A program made the position numbers and the translations under genes. 64,000 nucleotides of DNA from contig OZ242022.1 of assembly GCA_965204945.1 (NCBI GenBank), positions 3,332,152 through 3,396,151 on the forward strand, written 5' to 3'. This document shows positions 20,401 to 30,020 of the stretch, in pieces. Origin of the DNA: Limisphaerales bacterium (GTDB lineage: Bacteria; Verrucomicrobiota; Verrucomicrobiia; Limisphaerales; AAA164-E04). Positions within the stretch are counted from its first letter, which is position 1. Every line of letters begins with the position of its first letter. The notes beneath the pieces are model-generated. The model ran no database searches. It had not been told where the DNA came from and saw nothing but the letters and a program-made list of their open reading frames with translations.

Positions 20401-20789
20401 ACTCGCCCGCGAAAGTTCGAACCTGAATCTCGAAAATGCGCAAAGTAGTTTCCCTCTCCGCTTGGCAACGCCGTTGCTGTCAGGTCAAAAGCGGCATACA
20501 AAGTCGCCCCCGAATCTGCGGCAAAGGGGCCGGAAGCCAAGTTGACCGCGACGTCTTCGCTGTGATTTTCCCGAAGCAACAAGGCGCCGTTCTTCACGTT
20601 CAATTCCCGTTCCTTGCCCGAAGTGTGGTGCCAAGTAGAGGCGGCGGGCGCGGTGATGGGGCCGTCTGGGTAGGCAAAAGGCTCGCTCAAATAGCTTGCG
20701 GCGGCCAAGCGTCCGCAGGCCAAGACGCCAAGCCAAAGAAAGGCGGCGCCGATGAACGGTCGTTTCTGAATCCAATGCTTTATTCTCAT
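17496..20789 (-). CDS. Large secreted protein: 2x(lectin-like beta domain + Calx-beta), S-x-DL-x-x-W domain, C-terminal substrate-binding (SBP_bac_3-like) domain
   Basis: Signal peptide; duplicated GNYFAHF...FRGR...FAFRQ...IDNL domains; DDDAVEGVET; GYEADLL...DLIGGGIT...VGVLRGTTGE. Confidence 0.78.
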   Translation of the reverse strand: MRIKHWIQKRPFIGAAFLWLGVLACGRLAAASYLSEPFAYPDGPITAPAASTWHHTSGKERELNVKNGALLLRENHSEDVAVNLASGPFAADSGATLYAAFDLTATALPSGEGNYFAHFRDSGSNFRGRVFIAPTTDGQAGFYRIGISNGAKSSEAAFFPQPLAIGGRYQVALRYEVETADSTLWVDPTDEASESVKDDSANPKTITRFAFRQSLSSGDGMGELQIDNLVVASTLEEALAGPSSQLPPEPEPEPEPVAVIRIVAESQTIQEGAEALLLTCTRTERTEEELRIALTWSGTAQVGSDFAAPPEAIVIESGQESVALSIPLLNDKEVEPDEVLEVSFSVEAPHYELETERIAWTIQDDDRQGLLIQKSFSGPDAPVVSLPGWATHSGQPEQTRTAGGALRLNDESTEDVHLEIPGQPFSADGESELFAAFDLILRAAASGSGNYFAHFKGQSNTAFRGRLYLRPVEDDAEKFQLGVLPSSSGNPNYAADLLDLGQNYRVVLGYQVKSERTRLWLNPLEKTSTPNVESQETTSAVDITSFAFRQTGRASDGIGELAIDNLAVGTNLESVLTSTTPLPPEAPLPSIFIETLQALAFEEGQRNGEWRISRAGDPSETLKVSLMLSGSAVLSEDFALSFPRQEFAFAAGESSRVLTLSPMDDDAVEGVETVEISLLPGNGYEVGCPSRAMIDIVDNDAPALNPLVALAVDRQSLTASVPSGGVFRLQKSVDLTQWETVETIEGNNNPFAFPLENFPENTLFFRLIEGVDPTFKSVPCAEDNRTLNVGFYAFFSPISHSETPDNPACSGFNQHRGYEADLLTALEALDGAGLSFSRKAIPDWDGIWLRSATSEYDLIGGGITILGSRTLDASGQPIVSFTSGHVAFRQSLLVRAEDASNLANYDSLNSDVRVGVLRGTTGEFRLLQLTGLVNDEGTLASGTRVETPNGEVTADGSPAYQITAAQSTDNLSERSRLRPPSATMPQVIYLGLETGEAELLQALRDKQIDALARGEIGNQDAAHLSEGAFVVTAVDLQAKERGGFTLAAEDTALLACLNEKINWLTRNGEIGYAQWRQDQKVFLNRAALWNRLRAAAP

Positions 20790-21214
20790 AGCGCAGAAAA
20801 AAGAAATGTTTATGGGAAAGTTCCAAACGAGCGACAAGAAAAAACCAATTCGCAAACAAAAGGAAAGATCATTCTTCGAAACAATCTAAAAATGAACTAG
20901 GAGGTGTTCACCAACAACGGCGTTTTGACGAGATGCGGTGAAATTTCTTTTTTCATCGGCAAAACCGCGCCGAAACAGCCAAGTTTTGACCTTTTGATCG
21001 CCAAATCCCCTCAAGCGAATCCGCTTTGTCGCTTGGCAGGCAACCGCCTCAAAAAACTTTCTTTTCGCAGCCGGAAAAAGCGGAATTTTTGCGAATTTTG
21101 TTATTTCCAGTGAATTTTTCTTCCCTTTTTTCATTTTTTTGTGATTTTTAGATTTGACTTTCTTCTTTTGGGAAATTAAAAATGAAGAAATTTTTAACAG
21201 CAAACTAGATTCTT

Positions 21215-22065
21215 ATGAAACATAAACTATCTTTATTGGCCGCCGTCGCCTGCCTTTGCGGGGGGGGGGGGGGTACAACGCCCAAGCGCAGTTGTGGCTG
21301 GATATTTTCCCCAGCCAAGACGACACCAATGCGACGCTTTGGGTTTTTAGCGGCTCTTCTAGCGGTTGGGCGCATAACAACGTGCCTCCCAGAATCCGAA
21401 CCAGCGGCAACTATGACCGGCGCGACACGCACAAAACGGGCAGCGCCTTTCTTCAGGATCCGACCTCGCTCACGCCCGCCGCCGATTACAACTTGACCCC
21501 GCTGTTCACGGCATCGACCACCAATGCGGCGAGGGACTTGGAGTCTTTGCGCACGCGTTTGGGGCAAACCATCAAGCTGGGAACCACCAACACCCTCGAC
21601 GACATCACCATCCCCAGCACGGCCACCAATGTGCCCACGATCAGCTACACCGGCCGCGGCAGCCGCACCATCGCCGCTATGCATCTAAATAATGTCTACA
21701 ACACGGGTTGGGACGACATTGGGCCGCGGGTTAGCGGCAGCGAGTTGAACTACGGCAGCAGCTCGGTAGCCGTCAACTGGATTGGGGCGGCGATAATGAC
21801 GAACAAGCCGATTGCTCACTTTCACCTGTCCAACTTCTTCGCTACCAGACCAGAGGACAGATACAACGGCAATCGGTCTGGCAACGCGGTTCTTGGCTCT
21901 TGGACGGGGCCGCAAGCAAACAACCTGCGCATTCGGGTGCATGGCTCGACCATCCCTGAGCCGGAAGAATACGCTCTCGTCTTCGCCCTCTTTGCTCTGG
22001 GCTTTGTCTTCTTTCATCGCCGGCGAATGCAAAAGAAACGAAAAGCCGCCGCTATCGGCTCGTGA
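21215..22065 (+). pseudogene. PEP-CTERM surface protein, frameshifted at a G14 tract (possible phase-OFF allele)
   Basis: MKHKLSLLAAVACLC-(G14)-YNAQAQ...; ends IPEPEEYALVFALFALGFVFFHRRR. G12 or G15 restores the frame. Confidence 0.8.
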
Positions 22066-22110
22066 TTTGCGGCCTGCGCTTTGCGCTTTGGCCTCGTTTT
22101 TTCAAACCAA

Positions 22111-22149
22111 CTTCGCTTCGGGTTTTTCCCAAAGCGGAGTTTTTTTTTG
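22111..22149 (+). terminator. Intrinsic terminator
   Basis: CTTCGCTTCGGG/CCCAAAGCGGAG imperfect stem followed by a T run. Confidence 0.6.
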
Positions 22150-22435
22150 TGCATTTTCTTGAGATGAAATTAAACAAAGGAAAAGAGAATTTTTTGAAGC
22201 CGGCAAAGAGATTGGCCGATCTCTAAAAGGTCTCTGGAACGATTTGACCGCCCCGTAAAGAGACTTGTTTAGAGAATGAAACGGCTTTGAGGTTTGAATT
22301 GAGACGGTTTGAGAAAAGCCGCTTTTTCTTTTGAGATAGCAGCGCGGCGATGGAGATGGCAGCGATTTTTGGCCGTCTGGCAAAGTTTCAAAGAATGGCT
22401 TGACGTTGTTTTCCCTCTTTTCCACTCTCTCGGCT

Positions 22436-24628
22436 ATGCAGACTTATTTTTCCACTTTTCGATTTTCGGCGGTTTTATTGCTGGCGGCATTTACGGCAAG
22501 CCTTTGCGGATTTGCCGCCGCCGACCGTCCCAACATTGTTTTCATTTTCTCTGATGATCACGCGGTGCAGTCTATTGGCGCTTACGGCTCGAAGATCAAT
22601 CAAACGCCGAACATAGATCGGCTGGCTGAAGAGGGCTCCGTGTTTCTCAATTCCTTCTGCGCCAATTCTATCTGCGGCCCTTCCCGCGCCTGCATCCTGA
22701 CGGGAAAGCACAGCCATTTGAACGGCTTTCGCCGAAACGGAGAGCGCTTTGACGGTTCGCAAACGACCTTTCCAAAAATCATGCGGCGGGCAGGCTATCA
22801 GACGGCTCTGGTCGGCAAGTGGCATCTTTCCTCCGATCCCACTGGTTTTCATTATTGGGAAATTCTGCCCGGCCAAGGGAGTTACTACAATCCGGACTTT
22901 CTGCAGATGGACGGCTCCCGCAAACGCTATACCGGCTATTGCACCGACATTGTCACCGACCGCGCATTGAAGTGGCTGGACGAAGACCGCGACAAATCCC
23001 AGCCCTTTATCCTTATGTGCCAGCACAAGGCGCCTCATCGAAACTGGTCTCCCGCCCTGCGCCACCTTTCGATGTTTGACGGCAAAGACGTCCCCGAACC
23101 AGACTCGCTCTTTGACGATTACTCCGGGCGCACTCCCTTGTTGCGGGAGAATGAAATGACGCTTGAAAACCACTTCCACTGGGGACACGACGCAAAATTC
23201 CGCGGCGACAATCTCCATCCCGATCATTTCAAAGGTCTTGGCAACGGCCAGTATCGACGGATGAACGCCGAGCAACGAGCCGCTTGGGACGCGCAATACG
23301 AGCCGGAGAATCAGGCCTTCCTAACAAAGATGAAGGCCGGCGCCTTGTCCAAAAAAGACATTGTTCGCTGGAAGTATCAGCGTTACATCAAAGACTACCT
23401 CCGCACCATCGCCGCCGTGGATGAGAGCGTGGGGCGCATTTTGGACTATTTGGACGAAAACGGTTTGAGAGAGAACACCATCGTTATTTACTCTTCGGAT
23501 CAAGGATTCTACCTCGGCGAACACGGTTGGTACGACAAACGCTGGATGTTTGAAGAATCGCTCAAAATGCCCTTTCTCATTCGCTGGCCCGGCGTTATTG
23601 CTCCCGGCACCAAGTCCACGGCGCTGATTCAGAACATCGATTACGCCCCGACTTTTCTAGACGTCGCCGGCATTCCGATCCCCGAAGAGATGCAGGGACG
23701 CAGCCTCCTTCCGGCGTTCAAAAACGAGACGCCTTCCGATTGGCGAGACGCCATCTACTACGCCTACTACGAAAACGCCTCCGCGCACGCCGTCCCCATT
23801 CACGACGGCATTCGGACACAAAACCACAAACTTATGTTCTTTCCCCGCGGGCAACAGTGGCAGTTGTTCGACCTTGCGCAAGACCCGCAGGAAATGCAAA
23901 GCGTCCACGCCGAACCTAAATACCGAACCGTCTTCCATGCCTTGCAAAAGCGCTACCGCGACCTTAGAAAATTCTACGAGGTCAACACCGCCGCCATTCC
24001 CATGAGCCGCGGCGACGAAGATTGGTGGAAACAGCGAAACCAACAAGTCAACCAAAAAGCCAGAGACGGAGGTTTTGACCTCGCCTTTATCGGAGACTCC
24101 ATCACCCAAGGCTGGGAAGGAAAAGGCAAAGCCGTCTGGGAGAAATTTTATTCGTCCCGAAACCCCATCAACCTCGGATTCAGCGGCGACCGAACCGAAC
24201 ACGTTCTTTGGCGGCTTACTCGCGGCAACCTGAGCCGCGTCCAACCCAAAGTCGCCGTGCTGATGATCGGCACCAACAACACCGGACACCATATGCAAGA
24301 GCCGGAGGAAATCGCCGCCGGGGTCGACGCCGTGCTAGACGTTCTTCAGGAACGAATTCCCAACTCCAAAGTCTTGCTTCTGGGCGTCTTTCCCCGCGGA
24401 AAAGACGCATGGGACGAAAAACGGTTGAACAACCTCGCCGTCAACCAATACTTGCGCCGCTTCCACGATGGCCGGCGCGTTCACTATCTGGACATCGGCA
24501 GCGCCTTCCTCGAACCGGACGGAACCATCTCCCCAAAAACCATGCCCGACTACCTTCACCTCAGCGAGAAAGGCTACGCTCGCTGGGCTCAGGCCATCGA
24601 GCCCAAACTCATCGAACTCGGCCTTTGA
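22436..24628 (+). CDS. Sulfatase fused to a C-terminal SGNH/GDSL esterase
   Basis: CGPSRACILTG, GKWHL; then FIGDSITQGW, GFSGD, MIGTNN, DYLHL. Confidence 0.9.
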   Translation: MQTYFSTFRFSAVLLLAAFTASLCGFAAADRPNIVFIFSDDHAVQSIGAYGSKINQTPNIDRLAEEGSVFLNSFCANSICGPSRACILTGKHSHLNGFRRNGERFDGSQTTFPKIMRRAGYQTALVGKWHLSSDPTGFHYWEILPGQGSYYNPDFLQMDGSRKRYTGYCTDIVTDRALKWLDEDRDKSQPFILMCQHKAPHRNWSPALRHLSMFDGKDVPEPDSLFDDYSGRTPLLRENEMTLENHFHWGHDAKFRGDNLHPDHFKGLGNGQYRRMNAEQRAAWDAQYEPENQAFLTKMKAGALSKKDIVRWKYQRYIKDYLRTIAAVDESVGRILDYLDENGLRENTIVIYSSDQGFYLGEHGWYDKRWMFEESLKMPFLIRWPGVIAPGTKSTALIQNIDYAPTFLDVAGIPIPEEMQGRSLLPAFKNETPSDWRDAIYYAYYENASAHAVPIHDGIRTQNHKLMFFPRGQQWQLFDLAQDPQEMQSVHAEPKYRTVFHALQKRYRDLRKFYEVNTAAIPMSRGDEDWWKQRNQQVNQKARDGGFDLAFIGDSITQGWEGKGKAVWEKFYSSRNPINLGFSGDRTEHVLWRLTRGNLSRVQPKVAVLMIGTNNTGHHMQEPEEIAAGVDAVLDVLQERIPNSKVLLLGVFPRGKDAWDEKRLNNLAVNQYLRRFHDGRRVHYLDIGSAFLEPDGTISPKTMPDYLHLSEKGYARWAQAIEPKLIELGL

Positions 24629-24746
24629 AACAGACCGTCAAAACAACCTGCCGATGCGGTTTCCAGAGAAGTTTGCGCCCATCTTTTTGTTGACGCCGGC
24701 GAACAACGAGGATACAAAATCCGAAGTCAATCTTTGACCTCAAGTG

Positions 24747-25451
24747 ATGTTTGCAAGATTATTGATTATGGCGGGGATGGCGGGCTTGCAATGCGCCGCG
24801 TCCGCTCAGTTGGTCATGTTTAGTTTTGACGGCGCCAGCGGGAACGAATCGATGTTTGCCGTGGATTCTCAGCCGGCGAACGGCGTGGTCAGCGCAATGC
24901 GCCGCGGTAGCGGAGTGAACCCGTCCTCGGGAAGCGGCGCCTTCAGTTCTAGATCGTGGTCCACAAACAGCGCAATCGATCTCACGGATTATTATCGTTT
25001 TTCCATCACGCCAAGCAACGGATACCAATTAGATTTAACTTCGCTGGAATTGGACGAAAGAAGATCGGGAACCGGCATTCGGCAATGGTCGGTTCGTAGC
25101 AATTTAGATAACTTTGACTCGGATTTATCTCCTTCGCCCTTCTCCGTGCCGGACAACACGGCCACTCGAACCGAACAAAGAATCTCTCTCAACGTCAACG
25201 ATTTTTCCCGCCTGAGGACAGAAGTGGAATTTCGGATTTACGGCTATCAAGCGGAAAGATCTACGGGAACGTGGCGCATTGACAACGTAAAATTGGCCGG
25301 CCAGATTGCTCTGGTTCCCGAACCGAATAGCGGGTGGATCGGGACGAGCATGGCGCTCCTTGCGTTGGGATTTTGTTGGCATCATCGGCGGCGACAACGC
25401 CGCTTAGCCGCCGAGCAAACCATCGTTAAAAACGCCCAGAGCCCTCTATAA
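24747..25451 (+). CDS. PEP-CTERM surface protein
   Basis: Signal peptide; VPEPNSG + TM + HHRRRQRR. Confidence 0.82.
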   Translation: MFARLLIMAGMAGLQCAASAQLVMFSFDGASGNESMFAVDSQPANGVVSAMRRGSGVNPSSGSGAFSSRSWSTNSAIDLTDYYRFSITPSNGYQLDLTSLELDERRSGTGIRQWSVRSNLDNFDSDLSPSPFSVPDNTATRTEQRISLNVNDFSRLRTEVEFRIYGYQAERSTGTWRIDNVKLAGQIALVPEPNSGWIGTSMALLALGFCWHHRRRQRRLAAEQTIVKNAQSPL

Positions 25452-25542
25452 ATGAATGCGTATGGAAGTTGGAAACTTGGGCGGGAAGGCGCGCGAGCGG
25501 AATATTCTTTTGAAGTTTTAAATACCGAACAATTGGCGTCTT

Positions 25543-26634
25543 ATGCCTCCAAAAACTGCTGAAAAGGGACGAAAGCCGGCCCCCAATTTGCCGGCCACCA
25601 ACTCCGAAAAGAGCCGCAACTTGAAAACGGCCATTGATACGATTACCAAGACGTTCGGAGAAGGCAGCATCATGCGTCTTGGAAACGCCAACCTAAAATC
25701 CAAAATAGAAGTCATTCCCACAGGCGCTATGTCGCTGGATATCGCCTTGGGAGTGGGAGGTTTGCCAAAGGGAAGAATCATCGAAATCTACGGGCCGGAA
25801 TCCTCCGGCAAAACCACGGTGATGCTCCACGTCATTGCCAACGCCCAAAAGGCCGGAGGCACGGCGGCCTTTATCGACGCCGAACACGCATTAGACCCGG
25901 CCTACGCCAAAAGACTGAGCGTTCAGCTGGACGATTTATTGGTGTCGCAACCCGACAGCGGCGAGGAAGCGCTAACCATTTGCGAAACCCTCGCCCGTTC
26001 AAGCGCCGTCGACGTGATTGTAGTAGACTCCGTAGCCGCCTTAGTGCCGAGAGCCGAGTTAGACGGCGAAATGGGGATGGCGACAATGGGCATGCAAGCC
26101 CGTTTAATGAGCCAAGCCTTGCGAAAACTCACCTCCATCCTCAGCAAAGGCAAAACTACCTGCATGTTTACGAACCAGTTGAGAGACAAAGTGGGCGTTA
26201 TGTTTGGAAGCCCCGAAACAACGACGGGCGGAAAAGCCCTGAAGTTTTATGCCAGCGTGAGAATGGACATCCGCCGGAGAGAAACGCTCAAGGACTCAAC
26301 CGGGGCGGCCATCGGCAATCACGTCCGAGTCAAAGTAGTGAAGAACAAAGTGGCGCCGCCGTTTGCGGAAGCCGAGTTCGACATCTTGTACAACCACGGA
26401 ATCAACAAAGAAGGAAGCATTCTGGAAATGGGCGTCAAGGACGGCGTCGTCCAAAAGAAAGGCGCCTGGTTTCAATTTGACGGAGACTTAATCGGCCAAG
26501 GCAAAGAAGCGGCCAGGCTGGCATTAGCGGAAAAGCCGGACTTGACGGAGCGAATTAAGGCGGCGATTTTGGCCAAACGAGAACCGCCTCAAACCGAAAA
26601 GGAATCAAAACCGGACGCCAAAACCGCTTCCTGA
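25543..26634 (+). CDS. recA: Recombinase A
   Basis: [44 protein letters not shown]. Confidence 0.98.
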   Translation: MPPKTAEKGRKPAPNLPATNSEKSRNLKTAIDTITKTFGEGSIMRLGNANLKSKIEVIPTGAMSLDIALGVGGLPKGRIIEIYGPESSGKTTVMLHVIANAQKAGGTAAFIDAEHALDPAYAKRLSVQLDDLLVSQPDSGEEALTICETLARSSAVDVIVVDSVAALVPRAELDGEMGMATMGMQARLMSQALRKLTSILSKGKTTCMFTNQLRDKVGVMFGSPETTTGGKALKFYASVRMDIRRRETLKDSTGAAIGNHVRVKVVKNKVAPPFAEAEFDILYNHGINKEGSILEMGVKDGVVQKKGAWFQFDGDLIGQGKEAARLALAEKPDLTERIKAAILAKREPPQTEKESKPDAKTAS

Positions 26635-26774
26635 TTTTGCAAAGTCTCCAAAGGCCGTGCGGGATTTTTTAGCCAATGTCGCCAATGCGCAACCTTTTGG
26701 CCGCAAATCCCTCCATCCAATCATTCCATTTGCCGCTCCTTCGTTCGGCTCGGACGGATGGGCAAAAAGGAGGG

Positions 26775-27305
26775 TTAATCGGTTTCCGAAGGGGTTGGCG
26801 CTGCTGGAATTTGTTCCACTTCGGCGGCTGAACAGTCTGAATCGGCGTTCTGCGGAGGGACTCTTTCGCCCGGTTCTTCCCGACGTTTAGGATAGGTTTC
26901 TTGCTCGCGTCTGTCGTTTCCCTGCATACTTTTGGAACTTCGCCCCGACCGCATTCCGCGACGGGAAAAGACTTCGTCGAATTTTACCCTTTGTTCTTTC
27001 GTTAGAAGCGCTTCTATCTTCTCTCGCATAGCCTTTTCCGCAGCCTTGATTTGCGGGCGCACTTCGTTCATCAACGCGTGCATTTTCTCGCGCCGGGCTT
27101 GAAGAATGGCGCTTACCTTCTCTTTTTGCTCGTCGCTGAGTTCTAAACGCGATTCCATTCGCTGCATAATGTCGCGCATAGAAACACGCGGTCTCTCAGA
27201 AAAAGCTTGGCGGTTTTTTGTCCGCGAGTCCGCGACAAAAAATCCCGTGCCAAAACTGACAAGGCAAAGAACGAGGGTAGGCAATATGACTTTCCAAAGG
27301 TTCAC
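26775..27305 (-). CDS. Spy/CpxP-like (LTXXQ) periplasmic protein
   Basis: N-terminal TM; LELSDEQ and LLTKEQ motifs. Confidence 0.7.
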   Translation of the reverse strand: MNLWKVILPTLVLCLVSFGTGFFVADSRTKNRQAFSERPRVSMRDIMQRMESRLELSDEQKEKVSAILQARREKMHALMNEVRPQIKAAEKAMREKIEALLTKEQRVKFDEVFSRRGMRSGRSSKSMQGNDRREQETYPKRREEPGERVPPQNADSDCSAAEVEQIPAAPTPSETD

Positions 27306-27622
27306 CAGAGGGTTTCGAAATCCAGTTCGTTAAAGGGTTGCATCATGGTCATCTCAATATCGGAGACAAGGGGATCCGTTGACATATGTTCGTTGGCGAA
27401 AAAGCTCCACATGCCGATGGCCAACATCAAGGCGAGACAAGGCAAGGTCGCCCGCCATAGCCATCGAGACCATAAAGCTAGAGAATCGGAGGAGACGTTC
27501 GGCGGACTTGCGGTTGGGAGACTAGCCATGACTCGCTTCTCGAAAGAGTAAGGCACGCGAGTGTCTTCCGGCAGTTTCCCGGCGGCTCGCAAAAAGGTCT
27601 CATGCAGACGGCTGTTTTTCAT
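27302..27622 (-). CDS. Probable single-TM anti-sigma factor
   Basis: VPYSFEKRVMA then a TM helix; directly downstream of the ECF sigma gene. Confidence 0.65.
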   Translation of the reverse strand: MKNSRLHETFLRAAGKLPEDTRVPYSFEKRVMASLPTASPPNVSSDSLALWSRWLWRATLPCLALMLAIGMWSFFANEHMSTDPLVSDIEMTMMQPFNELDFETLW

Positions 27623-27636
27623 AAAACCTAATAAAA

Positions 27637-27665
27637 TAGACGCACTGTTTCCTTCAACGGTTACA
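27637..27665 (-). promoter_or_regulatory. ECF-type promoter TGTAACC-N16-CGTCTA
   Basis: Fits the AAC/CGT ECF consensus; identical boxes at 28420-28448. Confidence 0.7.
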
Positions 27666-27671
27666 AAGCTG

Positions 27672-28274
27672 TCAAAAGTACCGTCTTTTGTCGATTTTAT
27701 CGATCAGTTTGCGCATTTCCTTGCGGGCGCGATGGGCGCGCACTTTTACGTTCGCAATAGACCAACCGGTAAGATCGGCAATTTCCTGAACGGACTTGCC
27801 TTCGATGGCCTGAAGTGTGATCACCATGCGCAATGGAGCGGAGAGACGTTCCAAAACGTCGTGGACAAGTTTCCGCACCGCATCCGCATGCAAGTCGTCC
27901 GAAAGAGAGTCGCTGACGTATCGATCCAAAAAGTCGGCGTCTTCTTCAGTAATTTCTGAAAAATTCGCTTCACGGTTCCGTTGGTGCCGCCGCAGAAAAT
28001 CGTAGCAAGTGCGAACGGCAATCCGCATCAGCCAGTGTTGGAAAGGCGCTTCGCCGCGGTATCTGCCAAGATTTTGGAAGGCTTTGATGAAAATCTCTTG
28101 CACAATGTCTTCCACCTCGCTTTCTCGACGAGCGTATTTTCGCGCGGTGGCAAAAACCTTCGGCTGATGACGCTGAATCAATGTCTCAAACAATTCGACG
28201 CGACCCTCAACGACCTGCCGAATGATTTCCCTTTCCTCGTCGTCAATAGAGCGGCTTGGCTTGCCGTCACTCAT
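27672..28274 (-). CDS. ECF RNA polymerase sigma factor
   Basis: VEDIVQEIFIKAF, FQHWLMRIAVRTCYD, EIADLTG...VKVRAHRAR. Confidence 0.93.
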   Translation of the reverse strand: MSDGKPSRSIDDEEREIIRQVVEGRVELFETLIQRHQPKVFATARKYARRESEVEDIVQEIFIKAFQNLGRYRGEAPFQHWLMRIAVRTCYDFLRRHQRNREANFSEITEEDADFLDRYVSDSLSDDLHADAVRKLVHDVLERLSAPLRMVITLQAIEGKSVQEIADLTGWSIANVKVRAHRARKEMRKLIDKIDKRRYF

Positions 28275-28419
28275 TGCCAGCCATAATCGGAGCCGCCGAA
28301 CGTCGATGAAGTTGAGCGCTGTTAAGTTTCCATCCTCCAAAGATTGCCTCCCTGCTTTTCCAGATTCCTTGTTCGAATAGTCTCATGCAGGCATCCGTTT
28401 TTCATAAAGCCTTAAAATT

Positions 28420-28448
28420 TAGACGCTATAATACCTCCAACGGTTACA
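28420..28448 (-). promoter_or_regulatory. ECF-type autoregulatory promoter TGTAACC-N16-CGTCTA
   Basis: Same -35/-10 boxes and spacing as 27637-27665, upstream of the sigma gene. Confidence 0.72.
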
Positions 28449-28670
28449 AAGGCCAAGACGTTACTTCCACTCGATTTTTCTGATCAAGCGCAGCCGAATA
28501 TATAAAATTCCGAAAGAGAACGCAAAAACCTTTGTCTGTATAAAAGTTTTCCATTACGCTGACTTGTCAAAGAAAAATTGCAAAACAAAACTGGCGAGGA
28601 TTGTCTCAAATGTTGAGAATTACGCGGTGGACGAATCCACCTGAATCGGCAATTCCGCTTGTTTTCTAAA

Positions 28671-29543
28671 ATGACGAAGTACGAACAATTATTGGAAGCG
28701 ACCATCGGCCACATCGAGCGGTTGCGCCGCCAACAAGTTCGCTACCTTCCAATCAGCCGAAAATTGGTCGAAAGCCTCCGCCATCCATCCCCCCGCCCAT
28801 CGCCGGCAAAAAGGTTTCAAAACACTTTCAAAAAGATTGAAATCGAAACCAAGCCCGCGCCGCCGCTCGTTCCCAAAGTGGAAAAATTTGACAAAACCCC
28901 TTTGTCGAAGGAGGAGAAATCTGCGGCAATGACCAGCCTGCGGAAGCAAGCCCTAGCCTGCGTACAATGCGCCCATTTGGCGTCCAGCCGCCGCAACGTA
29001 GTCTTCGGAATCGGTAACATCCACGCCGAATTAATGTTCGTCGGCGAAGCGCCCGGCCTCGACGAAGATGACCAAGGCGAGCCCTTCGTCGGCAAGGCGG
29101 GACAACTGCTCACCAAAATCATCCAAACTATGGGTCTAACTCGTGATAAGGTTTACATCACCAACGTCCTCAAATGCCGCCCCGATACGCCGGGACGAAA
29201 ATTTGGAAACCGACCGCCCACAACCCAAGAAATGGCCACTTGCCGCCCCTGGCTAATTCAACAAATCCGCGCCATCCAACCCCAAGTCATCGCCGCCCTA
29301 GGCGCCACCGCGGTCAAAGGCCTGCTGGGACTTTCCACCGTAGCCATCACAAAATACCGAGGCCAATTCCAAGATTTCGGCGGCATTCCCCTCATGCCCA
29401 CCTACCATCCCGCCTATATTTTGCGCAACCCAAGCCCCCGCATCAAACGACAAATCTGGGAAGACATGCTCCAAATCATGGAAACCCTCCACATGCCGCT
29501 TTCCCAAAAACAACGCAACTACTTCACTAAAAACACACCCTAA
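28671..29543 (+). CDS. Uracil-DNA glycosylase family 4
   Basis: CVQCAHL, VGEAPG..ED..GEPFVG, NVLKCRP, TYHPAY. Confidence 0.93.
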   Translation: MTKYEQLLEATIGHIERLRRQQVRYLPISRKLVESLRHPSPRPSPAKRFQNTFKKIEIETKPAPPLVPKVEKFDKTPLSKEEKSAAMTSLRKQALACVQCAHLASSRRNVVFGIGNIHAELMFVGEAPGLDEDDQGEPFVGKAGQLLTKIIQTMGLTRDKVYITNVLKCRPDTPGRKFGNRPPTTQEMATCRPWLIQQIRAIQPQVIAALGATAVKGLLGLSTVAITKYRGQFQDFGGIPLMPTYHPAYILRNPSPRIKRQIWEDMLQIMETLHMPLSQKQRNYFTKNTP

Positions 29544-29848
29544 ACTCCCCTCGACCACCGGTGAAAACCCGCCGCTAAGCCGTCTCAGAAGGCTTGAAAA
29601 CCCAAGAAAACCAACCGTTTTCCCAAAGACAGAAGACAAATCACAACCCGCCAAACCATCCTCACAAAGAAAAACAAAAGAAAAAGCACCGGGATAAGCG
29701 CGCTTCATTTGCTTTGCGGATTGAATTCCAAACGAACAATCCGCAAGAAAACGGAGAAGAAAAAGCCCCTTAAAAATCCCTTCAACCGCAAAAAACAACA
29801 AAATCCCCCTCCCTGCCAAAAAAAATCGAAGAAAATTTAAAAAAGTCC

Positions 29849-29877
29849 TTGACCCATTCTCCAGAATTCGCTACTTT
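29849..29877 (+). promoter_or_regulatory. Sigma70-type promoter TTGACC-N17-TACTTT
   Basis: Near-consensus boxes with an A-rich upstream element; predicted start site about 29884. Confidence 0.55.
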
Positions 29878-29883
29878 GGCGGC

Positions 29884-30020
29884 TCATGAATCTTGGAGGG
29901 TGACTCCATGTTGGATCGCCCGCCGAATAAGAACAGTTTGATTTGGATGTTGTGGAGGAATCCCGACTCGCGGGCGAATAGGTGGGAAGTCTCACTTTTT
30001 ACACCTACCGAGATTCATGA
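29884..30020 (+). ncRNA. Candidate structured RNA or leader (multibranch)
   Basis: 13-bp closing stem 29884-29896/30008-30020 plus internal stems 29916-23/29970-77 and 29979-84/30002-07. Confidence 0.45.

Noticed and set aside
25452-25542. LexA operator upstream of recA
   Set aside because: Only a single GAACA half-site; no convincing second half.
29884-30020. Retron msr-msd or 6S RNA identity for the structured element
   Set aside because: No adjacent reverse transcriptase; shorter and more branched than a typical 6S rod. Left unassigned.
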